Positions 17,122-25,600 of a stretch of DNA of 64,000 bases are shown piece by piece. Position numbers and translations under genes: made by a program. This DNA comes from Planctomycetota bacterium (lineage in GTDB: Bacteria > Planctomycetota > MHYJ01 > WSZJ01): contig JBBTCT010000016.1 of the NCBI GenBank assembly GCA_038060895.1, positions 47,178-111,177 on the forward strand, given 5' to 3'. The notes below the pieces were generated by a model. That model worked only from the letters and a program-made list of their open reading frames with translations. It was not told where the DNA came from and did not search any database. Positions within the stretch are counted from its first letter, which is position 1. Each line of letters opens with the position of its first letter.

Positions 17122-17694
17122 CTAACGCTTCGCCGCCGCTTCTTCCGCGCGGCTGATCTGCTCGACGAATTCCGCCACGAGGGCGATGTCTTCCTCGGCG
17201 ACGACCGAAGCGGCGCTCGGCGACTCGAGCGATTTCTTGAGCTTCATCGCGCGGTTGAGCGATTCGGTGGCCGCCTTTTTCTGTTCCCCGGTCGCGTCCG
17301 GGTTCAGGATCGTCTCCGTCGCCATCTTGATCTGGAAATCAAGATTGCCTCCCGATGAATTCGCGATCTCGCGCTTCATCCAGGCGAGTTTCGCGAGCAT
17401 CACGCGGCGGCGGGCCTCGGCATATTCGGCGAAGTCCTTGAAACCGTACTTCTGCGCAAAGGCTTCCGATCGACGCAGCGAAGCGGCGTCGGCGCCGGTA
17501 CCGGAGGATGGACCGGACTCCGGTTTCGGGAGGTCGGGATCGAGGAGGGAGGCGACATAGGAGGTGACGATCGGGCGGGTGAGCGCGGGGGCGAGGCGCG
17601 ACGGTGGGGAGGGAGGCGCCGGTTGCGGCGGCGGCGGGGGAGCCTTGCCGCAGGACGGCAGGAAGAGGAGAAGGAGCAGGAGGAGGCGGGCCAC
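17122..17694 (-). CDS. Hypothetical lipoprotein
   Basis: Signal MARLLLLLLLFLPSC, Pro-rich linker, helical domain. Confidence 0.75.
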   Translation of the reverse strand: MARLLLLLLLFLPSCGKAPPPPPQPAPPSPPSRLAPALTRPIVTSYVASLLDPDLPKPESGPSSGTGADAASLRRSEAFAQKYGFKDFAEYAEARRRVMLAKLAWMKREIANSSGGNLDFQIKMATETILNPDATGEQKKAATESLNRAMKLKKSLESPSAASVVAEEDIALVAEFVEQISRAEEAAAKR

Positions 17695-17786
17695 AGGCGC
17701 ATCATATCCGCTACAATTTCCCGCCCTTCAGACCCGTTGTTGTTGAAGGCAGTTCCCCGGCCACCGCACAAAGAGGAGTCCAAACG

Positions 17787-19082
17787 ATGCGCTTCACCGT
17801 GATCCCGCTGATCTCCTTGCTCGCGCTCGCCGGCGCCGCTTCCGCGCAGGAACTCGATTTCAACCAGAAGCAGGCGGTGGACCGGCAGGAGCGGAATCTC
17901 AAGGAAGCGCAGGGGAAGCTGAAAGCTCTTCAGGACGGCTACGCTGCGGAGTGGGAGAAACTGAAGGCGCCGGAGACGATGGTCCCGCCGGCGTGGTTCA
18001 AGGGAAACATGGCGAAGGGGGACGAGGTTCTCAAGAAGTGCGACGGCATGGTGTCGGACCTGGAAAAGAGCAAGTGCCCGCCGGACAACGCGCGAGTGAA
18101 GGCGATCACGGACTGGGTGACGCAGGCTCGGGCCGATGTCGCGAAATTGAACGCAGAGATGGCGCCGAAGCTGGCGGAGATGGAGACGCTGGCGAACCCG
18201 AAGAACTATCCGAACCTCGACGCGGACTTCAAGCAGATCGACACGGTGGCGAAGGCGTACGCGTTCAAGGGATTCCAGTCGAACCCGGACAAGGTCGCGG
18301 AACTGGCCAAGGAATTCGCGCAGGCCGTGACGTGGGGGAACGAGAAATTCAAGGAGTACCGGCCGATCATGGTGCTTTCGGGCGGCAAGAGCAGCCCGCT
18401 CTTCAAGAAGTACGAAGCGATGTCGAACGCGATCAAGGGGTTCCAGACCGAGGCGGGGGAGTATTTCAAGAAGGCGGAAGCGGAGGTCCCGGCGCTTCTG
18501 AAGAAGGCGGAAGAGATGGCGGCGAAGGCGGCGGCAGAGAAGAAGCCGGCATTTTTCACCGGCGGGGTGCAGCAGCAGTTCGACTGGGCCGAGAACTACA
18601 TGAAGGTGTGCCGGGCGCTGGTTCCTGCGGACGACGAGCGGCTGGTGAAGATGGAGTCGGCGTGGGCGGCATCGAAGAAGAAGGTGGACGAGCAGGCGGG
18701 GACGCTGAAGGAACTGATTGTTGCGGAGACGCGGCCGCCGGATGAGAAGTACAGCGGTGCGGACAAGGAAGAGATCCGGGCGAAGGTGATGGAGGAATGG
18801 AAGAAAGCGTGGCCGAAGGACGAAGTGATGATGATCCGGATGCACATGGCGAACTTCGACCGGCGGGAAAAGGCGACGTGGGATTCGGGGTCGAAGTCGT
18901 GGGAGTTTTCGGACCGGTCGGTGCTGTGCGTGACGGTGATCGTGAAGACGAGCGACAAGATTGCGACGAGTTATCCGGCGTACGTGAACGTGAATCACAT
19001 TTCGAAGGCGACGACGTACGGGGTGGGGACGAAGGGGAACGAGTACGTGACGCGGGAGATGCTGGTGGAGAATGTGAAGTAG
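17787..19082 (+). CDS. Secreted hypothetical protein, largely alpha-helical
   Basis: GAGGAG RBS; signal peptide MRFTVIPLISLLALAGAASA|Q; Lys/Glu/Ala-rich helices. Confidence 0.85.
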   Translation: MRFTVIPLISLLALAGAASAQELDFNQKQAVDRQERNLKEAQGKLKALQDGYAAEWEKLKAPETMVPPAWFKGNMAKGDEVLKKCDGMVSDLEKSKCPPDNARVKAITDWVTQARADVAKLNAEMAPKLAEMETLANPKNYPNLDADFKQIDTVAKAYAFKGFQSNPDKVAELAKEFAQAVTWGNEKFKEYRPIMVLSGGKSSPLFKKYEAMSNAIKGFQTEAGEYFKKAEAEVPALLKKAEEMAAKAAAEKKPAFFTGGVQQQFDWAENYMKVCRALVPADDERLVKMESAWAASKKKVDEQAGTLKELIVAETRPPDEKYSGADKEEIRAKVMEEWKKAWPKDEVMMIRMHMANFDRREKATWDSGSKSWEFSDRSVLCVTVIVKTSDKIATSYPAYVNVNHISKATTYGVGTKGNEYVTREMLVENVK

Positions 19083-19108
19083 CGAATGGTTCTTCGGCGG
19101 GAGTCGAA

Positions 19109-19176
19109 GTTGCCCCTGCCGTTGCCCTCGCCCACCGCACGAGGGACCCCTTGTGAGGTGGGCAAGGGCAAAGGAA
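19109..19176. repeat. Long inverted repeat/hairpin between convergent genes with 6-nt periodic arms; probable bidirectional terminator
   Basis: TTGCCCTCGCCCACCGCACGAGGG (19122-45) pairs with CCCTTGTGAGGTGGGCAAGGGCAA (19148-71), with 3 non-Watson-Crick positions. Confidence 0.7.
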
Positions 19177-19199
19177 ACTGCCCGGCGGTTGGCCGAGGC

Positions 19200-20876
19200 T
19201 TACGTCTTCGCCAGCTTCTTGTACTTGATCCGCCTCGGGTTCTCCGCGTCGTCGCCGACTTCCTCGCGCCGCTTGGCCATGTAGGCCTGGTAGTTCCCCT
19301 CGAACCACCGCACTTTTCCATCCCCCTCGAACGCGAGGATGTGCGTCGCGATCCGGTCGAGGAACCAGCGGTCGTGGCTGACGACGATCGCGCATCCGGC
19401 GAAGCTGAGCAGCCCTTCCTCCAGCGCCCGCAACGTATCGACGTCGAGGTCGTTGGACGGCTCGTCGAGGATGATCAGGTTCCCGCCGCTCTTGAGCAGT
19501 TTCGCGATCTGCACGCGGTTGCGCTCTCCTCCGGACAGCTCGCCGACGACTTTCTGCTGGTCCGTGCCCTTGAAATTGAACTTGCCGACGTATGCGCGGC
19601 TGTTCATCCACTTGCCGCCGGCCTTGAACTGGTCCTGGCCGCCTGAAATTTCCTGGTAGACCGTGTTCTCCGCCGCGAGCGTCTCGCGATTCTGATCGAC
19701 GTAGGCGAGCTGCACGCTCGGACCGACGGTCAGAGTGCCGGAGTCCGGCTTTTCTTTCCCCACGATCATCCTCATCAGCGTCGTCTTGCCGGCGCCGTTG
19801 GGGCCGATCACGCCGATGATTCCTCCCGGCGGAAGGCTCAGCGTGAGCCCGTCGATCAGCACCCGGTCCCCGTACGCCTTCTTGAGGTCCTTCGTCTCCA
19901 GCACCTGGTTTCCCAGCTTCGGCCCCGCCGGGATTCTCAACTCCAGCTCGTCCGCCTTTTCCCCCGAATCCTGCTCGAGCAGGCGCTCGTACGCCTCAAT
20001 GCGCGCCTTCGGCTTCGCCTGCCTCGCCCGCGGCGACATGCGGATCCACTCCAGCTCCCGGCCCAGCGTCCGCTGCCGCTGCTCCTCCGCCTTCTCTTCC
20101 AGCTCCAGCCGCTTCTTCTTCTGCTCCAGCCACGACGTGTAGTTCCCCTGCCACGGGATTCCCCGGCCCCGGTCGAGCTCCAGGATGTACCCCGCAACGT
20201 TGTCGAGGAAGTACCGGTCGTGCGTGACCGCGATCACGGTGCCCTTGAATTCCTTCAGGAAGCGCTCAAGCCATGCGACGGACAGCGCGTCGAGGTGGTT
20301 CGTGGGCTCGTCGAGGAGAAGGAGGTCGGGGGTCTTGAGAAGCGTGCAGCACAGCGCGACGCGCCGGCGCTCGCCGCCCGACAGCACCGCGATTTTCGCG
20401 TCCATCGGCGGCAGCTCCAGCGCTTCCGCAGCAATCTCGAGGTGCCGGTCGATTTCCCAGGCACTGCAGGCGTCGATTTTGTCCTGAAGCGTCTGCAACT
20501 GTTCGAGGGCGTGTTCCATTTCGTCGGGATCGAGTTTTCCCTCGAGCCGCGTCCCGACTTCCTCGTGCTTGCGCAGCAGTTCGTGCGTTTCGAACACGGC
20601 TTCGTCCAGGCAGCCCTTCACGTCCGTTTCCATGTTGAGCTGCGGCTCCTGCGGCACGAACCCGATCTTGCAGTTCGGCATGTGGTACAGGCTGCCCTCG
20701 AAGTCCGTGTCCTGCCCGGCCATGATGCGCAGCAGCGTGGACTTTCCGGATCCGTTCGAGCCGAGCACGCCGATCTTCGCGCCGTAGTAGAAGGACAGCG
20801 TGATGTCCTTGATGACGACCTTCTTCTCGTACGCCTTGGACACGTGCTCCATCTGCATGATGAACGGCGGCGGCAT
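19200..20876 (-). CDS. ettA: Energy-dependent translational throttle protein (ABC-F)
   Basis: Two ABC domains; 'LSFYYGAKIGVLG.NGSGKSTLL', 'ELEWIRMSPRARQAK', 'PRRIKYKKL'. Confidence 0.96.
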   Translation of the reverse strand: MPPPFIMQMEHVSKAYEKKVVIKDITLSFYYGAKIGVLGSNGSGKSTLLRIMAGQDTDFEGSLYHMPNCKIGFVPQEPQLNMETDVKGCLDEAVFETHELLRKHEEVGTRLEGKLDPDEMEHALEQLQTLQDKIDACSAWEIDRHLEIAAEALELPPMDAKIAVLSGGERRRVALCCTLLKTPDLLLLDEPTNHLDALSVAWLERFLKEFKGTVIAVTHDRYFLDNVAGYILELDRGRGIPWQGNYTSWLEQKKKRLELEEKAEEQRQRTLGRELEWIRMSPRARQAKPKARIEAYERLLEQDSGEKADELELRIPAGPKLGNQVLETKDLKKAYGDRVLIDGLTLSLPPGGIIGVIGPNGAGKTTLMRMIVGKEKPDSGTLTVGPSVQLAYVDQNRETLAAENTVYQEISGGQDQFKAGGKWMNSRAYVGKFNFKGTDQQKVVGELSGGERNRVQIAKLLKSGGNLIILDEPSNDLDVDTLRALEEGLLSFAGCAIVVSHDRWFLDRIATHILAFEGDGKVRWFEGNYQAYMAKRREEVGDDAENPRRIKYKKLAKT

Positions 20877-20962
20877 GAGCGGCGGCTCCGGTGGGGGTTT
20901 GGGGGGCGGGGAGTGTAATCGCGGCGGAGGGGTCCGACTACGGGGAGCCGCGGAAAACTGCG

Positions 20963-21079
20963 AACTTCAACTTTCAACTCTCAAGCAAACGCCAACTTCA
21001 AAATGACAACCTCGGCCGGCACGGGATTGAAGTTCGCCTTCTTGTAGTTGCCGTTTGCTTGAGAGTTGAAGTTGAAGTT
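20963..21079. repeat. Intergenic inverted repeat with 6-nt periodic arms (AACTTC/GAAGTT)
   Basis: AACTTCAACTTTCAACTCTCAAGCAAACGCCAACT against the reverse complement of 21046-21079 (AACTTCAACTTCAACTCTCAAGCAAACGGCAACT). Confidence 0.85.
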
Positions 21080-21118
21080 GCCTGTTCTCTCGTGCGCCCC
21101 GCTATGATCTCTCCCCCT

Positions 21119-21682
21119 ATGGCTCACCCGTGGCATGACGTCCCGATCGGCAAAGACGCGCCGGAGACCTTCCTCGCGGTCGTCGAAATCCCGAAGGGCG
21201 ACAAGGTCAAGTACGAGCTTCACAAGGAAACCGGTCTCCTCTTCGTCGATCGCGTCCTCTACTCCTCGGTCGTCTATCCCGCCAACTACGGCTTCATCCC
21301 CCAGACTCTAGGCGACGATGACGACCCCCTGGACGTCCTCGTCCTCATGCAGGAACCCGTCGCGCCGCTCTCGCTCCTGCGCGTCCGGCCCATCGGGATG
21401 ATGGCCATGCTCGACGAAGGGAAGGGCGACGAGAAAGTCATCTGCGTCCACCTGGACGACCCTGAGTACAACTCGTACGCCGACATCGGCGAGCTCCGCG
21501 GTCACCGCCTCCTCGAGCTGCGCCGCTTCTTCGAGGACTACAAGAAGCTCGAGCACAAAGAAGTGAAGGTGCGCGAGTTCCTGGGGCCGGAACAGGCGAA
21601 GGAAGCGGTGCGACAGGCGATGGCGCTGTACCGGCGGAAATATGGCGCCCCCGCGAAGGTGGGCAAGGCGCGTCCCCGCTAG
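21119..21682 (+). CDS. ppa: Inorganic pyrophosphatase (family I)
   Basis: MAHPWHD; 'KYELHKETG...DRVL...[11 protein letters not shown]...DDDPLDVLV'. Confidence 0.96.
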   Translation: MAHPWHDVPIGKDAPETFLAVVEIPKGDKVKYELHKETGLLFVDRVLYSSVVYPANYGFIPQTLGDDDDPLDVLVLMQEPVAPLSLLRVRPIGMMAMLDEGKGDEKVICVHLDDPEYNSYADIGELRGHRLLELRRFFEDYKKLEHKEVKVREFLGPEQAKEAVRQAMALYRRKYGAPAKVGKARPR

Positions 21683-21772
21683 CCGGGCCCCGAAGGATTC
21701 GAACTCCCAGCCCCGCGTGACGTTTCAACGAATCCCGGCATCCACGATGCAGCTCTTTACACGGAGACTCCC

Positions 21773-22642
21773 ATGAATCGCTTCGCGCCCTGGCTTGCCG
21801 TCGCAGTCTCGATGCTCGCCCTCGTTCTCGCCGGACTGCCGCTCGCCCGTCGCCGGGGCGCTGAAGCGACGCCGGAAACATCCGCGGTCAACAACACTCC
21901 GATCGCCGTCCCCCAGTCGCCCGGCACCGCGGGTACCCCGGCTTCGAGTCTCTCGAATGCCGAAATCGCCTCCGTCGCCGCCGAAATCGTCGCGAAGCGC
22001 GAGCGGGACATCGTCGACAGAATCTGGCCGAAGATCGCACTCATGCGGGAAGTCGCGGGGCTGAGCGTGCCGGCGAAGCCGGCCAAGCTCGACGAAGCGC
22101 TGCTGCATCTGCTGAATCTCGACGGCGGCGATGACGAAGTTGCAGACGGGCGGTCGCCGGAAATGAAGAAGCAGGTGACGAGGTGCAAGAACGACCTGAA
22201 ACAACTGGGGATCTACTTCTGCCTCTATGAGGCGAAGTTCAAGATTTACCCGGGCTCTATCGACGAATTGAAGCGGCCCGACATGATTACCGCGGACAGC
22301 ACCATCCTGGTCTGCCCCTTCGACATGAGCGGCGACGCCTGCAGCTACGAATACCTGCACCCCGTCCGCGGGGACGGGGAGCCTGGAGACTCGATCATGG
22401 CCTACGACCGGCGCCTCCATCCCGACGGTAAGCGCTGCGTTCTGTATTTCCAGGGGCGCGTCGAGGAGGTTTCGGAGGCCGACTTCCAGAAAGTTCTCGG
22501 CGAGCAGATCGCCAACGACCGCGCGAACCTGGCCGACGAGGTCGTCAAGGCGCGCGCCGCGGCGCTCGAGGCGGGCGTGAATGGGCCGAACAAGGAAATG
22601 CTGCTGAAGCGACTGAGCATCCTGGAGGCGGTGCAGCGGTAG
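21773..22642 (+). CDS. Exported protein with a DUF1559/pseudopilin-like C-terminal domain
   Basis: N-terminal hydrophobic segment; 'CKNDLKQLGIYFCLY...YP' resembles CxNNLKQIG; ends in 'GKRCVLYFQGRVE', a variant of the H-X9-DG region. Confidence 0.6.
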   Translation: MNRFAPWLAVAVSMLALVLAGLPLARRRGAEATPETSAVNNTPIAVPQSPGTAGTPASSLSNAEIASVAAEIVAKRERDIVDRIWPKIALMREVAGLSVPAKPAKLDEALLHLLNLDGGDDEVADGRSPEMKKQVTRCKNDLKQLGIYFCLYEAKFKIYPGSIDELKRPDMITADSTILVCPFDMSGDACSYEYLHPVRGDGEPGDSIMAYDRRLHPDGKRCVLYFQGRVEEVSEADFQKVLGEQIANDRANLADEVVKARAAALEAGVNGPNKEMLLKRLSILEAVQR

Positions 22643-22697
22643 GCGAGTTGCCGGGCGCGCGCAGGCAGGAGTCGTTTCCCACGAAAGAAAAGTCCCT

Positions 22698-25600
22698 CTA
22701 CTTCACTCCGTCCCGATACACGCCGACTCTCCGTGCCAGCTCACCTTTGCGTGCTTCGGGCGCAAGGGAGACCGCTTCCTCGCCGGCCTTCAGGGCTGCT
22801 TCCTTTTCCCCGTTCGCCCATGACGCCGCACCGAGCGTGTCCAGGAACTCCCAACGCTGGGCCGCCGGCCCCAGTTCGAGCGCCCGCTTCGCCGCCGCGA
22901 CCGCCTTCGCCGTCAGCTCGGTCGGCGCCGGTGCCTCGGGCTGCCGGTCGTTGCGCCACGCGTGCGTCGCCACGAACCACGCGAACTCGTTCAGGGTGGC
23001 CGCGTCGTCGGGAAACTTCGCAAGCGCCCGGTCATACCAGGTCCACGCTTCTTCCCATCGCCGGGCGCGGGCGTGCTCGATCGCATTCTTGCGCGGGTCG
23101 GCCGTCAGGCTGCGAGCGCGCGCAACATAGCCGCGCATGTCGCTGCCCATGCCGCCGACCCGCTCCAGCGCCTCCCAGTCCGCGAGCGCCGCTTCGGGAT
23201 CGCCTGCGAGAAGCGCCGCATGACCGCGGAGAAGGAGGAGATCGGGGCGCCGACCGCCGGCGATGAGCTGGTCGAGGGCGGCGCGGGCTTCGTCGAAGCG
23301 TCGGGCGAGGAGGAGGGCGGCGGCGCGCGCGAGGGGCCGGGCCGGGGGTTCGAGGCTCGATGCGCAAGAGGCGATTTCGTCGAGGAGGCCGTTTCTCAGC
23401 GCGAAATCGAACGTCGCGAAGGGGTCCAGGGCGAGCGCTTCGCCGAGCGCCACGGGATCGTTTTTGGCTGCGGCGAGGAGGACGCGGCAATGCGGATCGC
23501 GGGGGAAATGAGCGGCAGTGTTGGAAGCGGCGGCGGCGGCGCGGGCGGGATCGCCCAGGGCGAGGAAGGCCTTGGCAAGGGAGATGCCCTGCTGGGGGTC
23601 TGCAGCATCGCCTCGCGCGGCGAGCGCGGGCCAGATTTCGCGGCGGGCCCAGCGGCGGGCCGTGCGCGCGTCGGGCCTTTCGATCGGCGAGCGCCGGGGA
23701 ATGTCCATGCGCGCCAGGTTGCGGTGCGAAGCGAGGTAGAGGGTCTCGGGAATTCCGTCGCCGTCCGTATCCTCGAGCACAGGGCGGCGGTTGACTGCTT
23801 CGCGCCCTGTGTCGAGTTCGAAGCGCGGGCGGCCATCGGAGCCCTCGAGCACGTAGACGCGCGAATCCCAGGCGCCGGCGAGGACTTCGGCCTTGCGGTC
23901 GCCGTCGAGATCCGCGACGACGATGGTGTCGCGGACCTGGTCGCCGGCGTTGAAGCGCCAGCGGCGAAGTCCGTCGCGTCCGCCAACGGCGTGGATGGAT
24001 GAGTTGTTCGCACCGAAGACGACTTCCGGAGCGCCGTCCCCGTCGAGGTCGCCGATGACAGGGCCGCTCTCGCTCTCGGCGCCGATGTCGTAGCGCCACA
24101 GGACGCGGCCATCCTTCCCCGAAACCGCGCGGGCCCGTTTGTCGAGGCAGGTGAAGACGATGTCGGTGGCGCCATCGCCGTCGAGGTCGGCGATCGCAGC
24201 CGGCGATTCGATCGCATGGAGCGTGTCGACCTGGAAGCGTTCGCGGCCGTCGCTTCCGATAATGCGCAGCCGGTTGTCGTTGGCGCCGGCGAAAAGTTCC
24301 GGGAGTCCGTCGCCGTCGAGATCGCCTGAGGTCAGGCCCTGCAGGAAGTGTACTTTGCAGGAGAATCGCCGCAGCTCCCGGCCCGAGGCGCTTCCATAGG
24401 TGACGACGGCGTTTCCTCCGGGGCCGACGCCGAGGGCGACATCGGCTTTCCCGTCGCCGTCGATGTCTCCGGTCGCGGCGGGGGAGCCGACGGGTCCGCT
24501 CTCGGACGCTCGCCACAGCACAACGCCGGTCGCGCCGGAGTACGCGATGCAGGCGCCGTGCTCGTCGGGCTGCCAGAGGCCGGCGAGCACTTCAGGGACG
24601 CCGTCGCCGTCCACGTCGGGAAGGCGCGTTGTTCCCGCGATGCCGCCCGTCGCGTCCGCTTCCCAGAGCACCCTTCCATCCGCCGCGGAGAGCATTCGGA
24701 TGATGCCTTCGGGGCCGGCGAGGACGGCGTCGCGGGTGCCGTCCTTGTCGGCGTCGAGGAGGACGGGGGAGCAGACGCCGCCGGCGGTGGAGGGGAAGCG
24801 CCAGCGTGCGGGGCCGGGCTGGGCGGCGAAGAGCCAGATGCGGCCGTCGTCGGAGCCTGCGGCGCATTCGAGTGAGCCGTTGCCGCCGACGTCGACGAGG
24901 AGGGGCGACGACTGGGTTGGGCCGTTGGTTTCGAAGGCCCAGAGGGACTTGCCGTCGCGGCCGGAGAGAAAGTGGATGGCGCCGTCGGAGCAGGAAACGA
25001 CGGCGTCGGGGGTGCCGTCGGAATCGACGTCGGCGATGGCAGGGAGGCAGCGGGAGCGGCCCGGGAGAGGGGTGCGCCAGAGAAGGGAGCCGTTGCGGCC
25101 GGAGAGTGCGTGGATAGCGGCGTCGCCGCCGGGAACGACGAGGTCAGGCGCCGGGTCGCCGTCGAGGCGGGCGAAGGCGGGGCTGGCCGGCGAGGAGCCG
25201 CAGGGGTAGTCCCAGAGTTTGTGGCCGTCGCGGCCCGAGAGGACGATCAGGCGGTCCGAGGCGACGGCGATGTCGTCGATGCCGTCGCCGTCGACATCCG
25301 CGGCGGCGGGGGAACCGTACACGGGGCCCCCGGCGACAAAGGTCCACAACGGGTGCCCGTCCTTCCCGGAGACTGCCGCGACGAGGTTGTTGCGGGTGGC
25401 GACGATGACGTCCAGGACGTCGTCCCCGTCGATGGCGGCGACGGCACAGCGTCCCTCGGCGCCGCCCGGTGCGGGGAACACCCAGCGGGAATTCCCCGTG
25501 GCGCCCTCCGCGCAGACGAGGATGCCGTCCGCTTCGAAGACGACTTCGTTCGTGCCGTCGCGATCGAGGTCGGCGACGCGCGGGATGCCACGGGCCGCCG

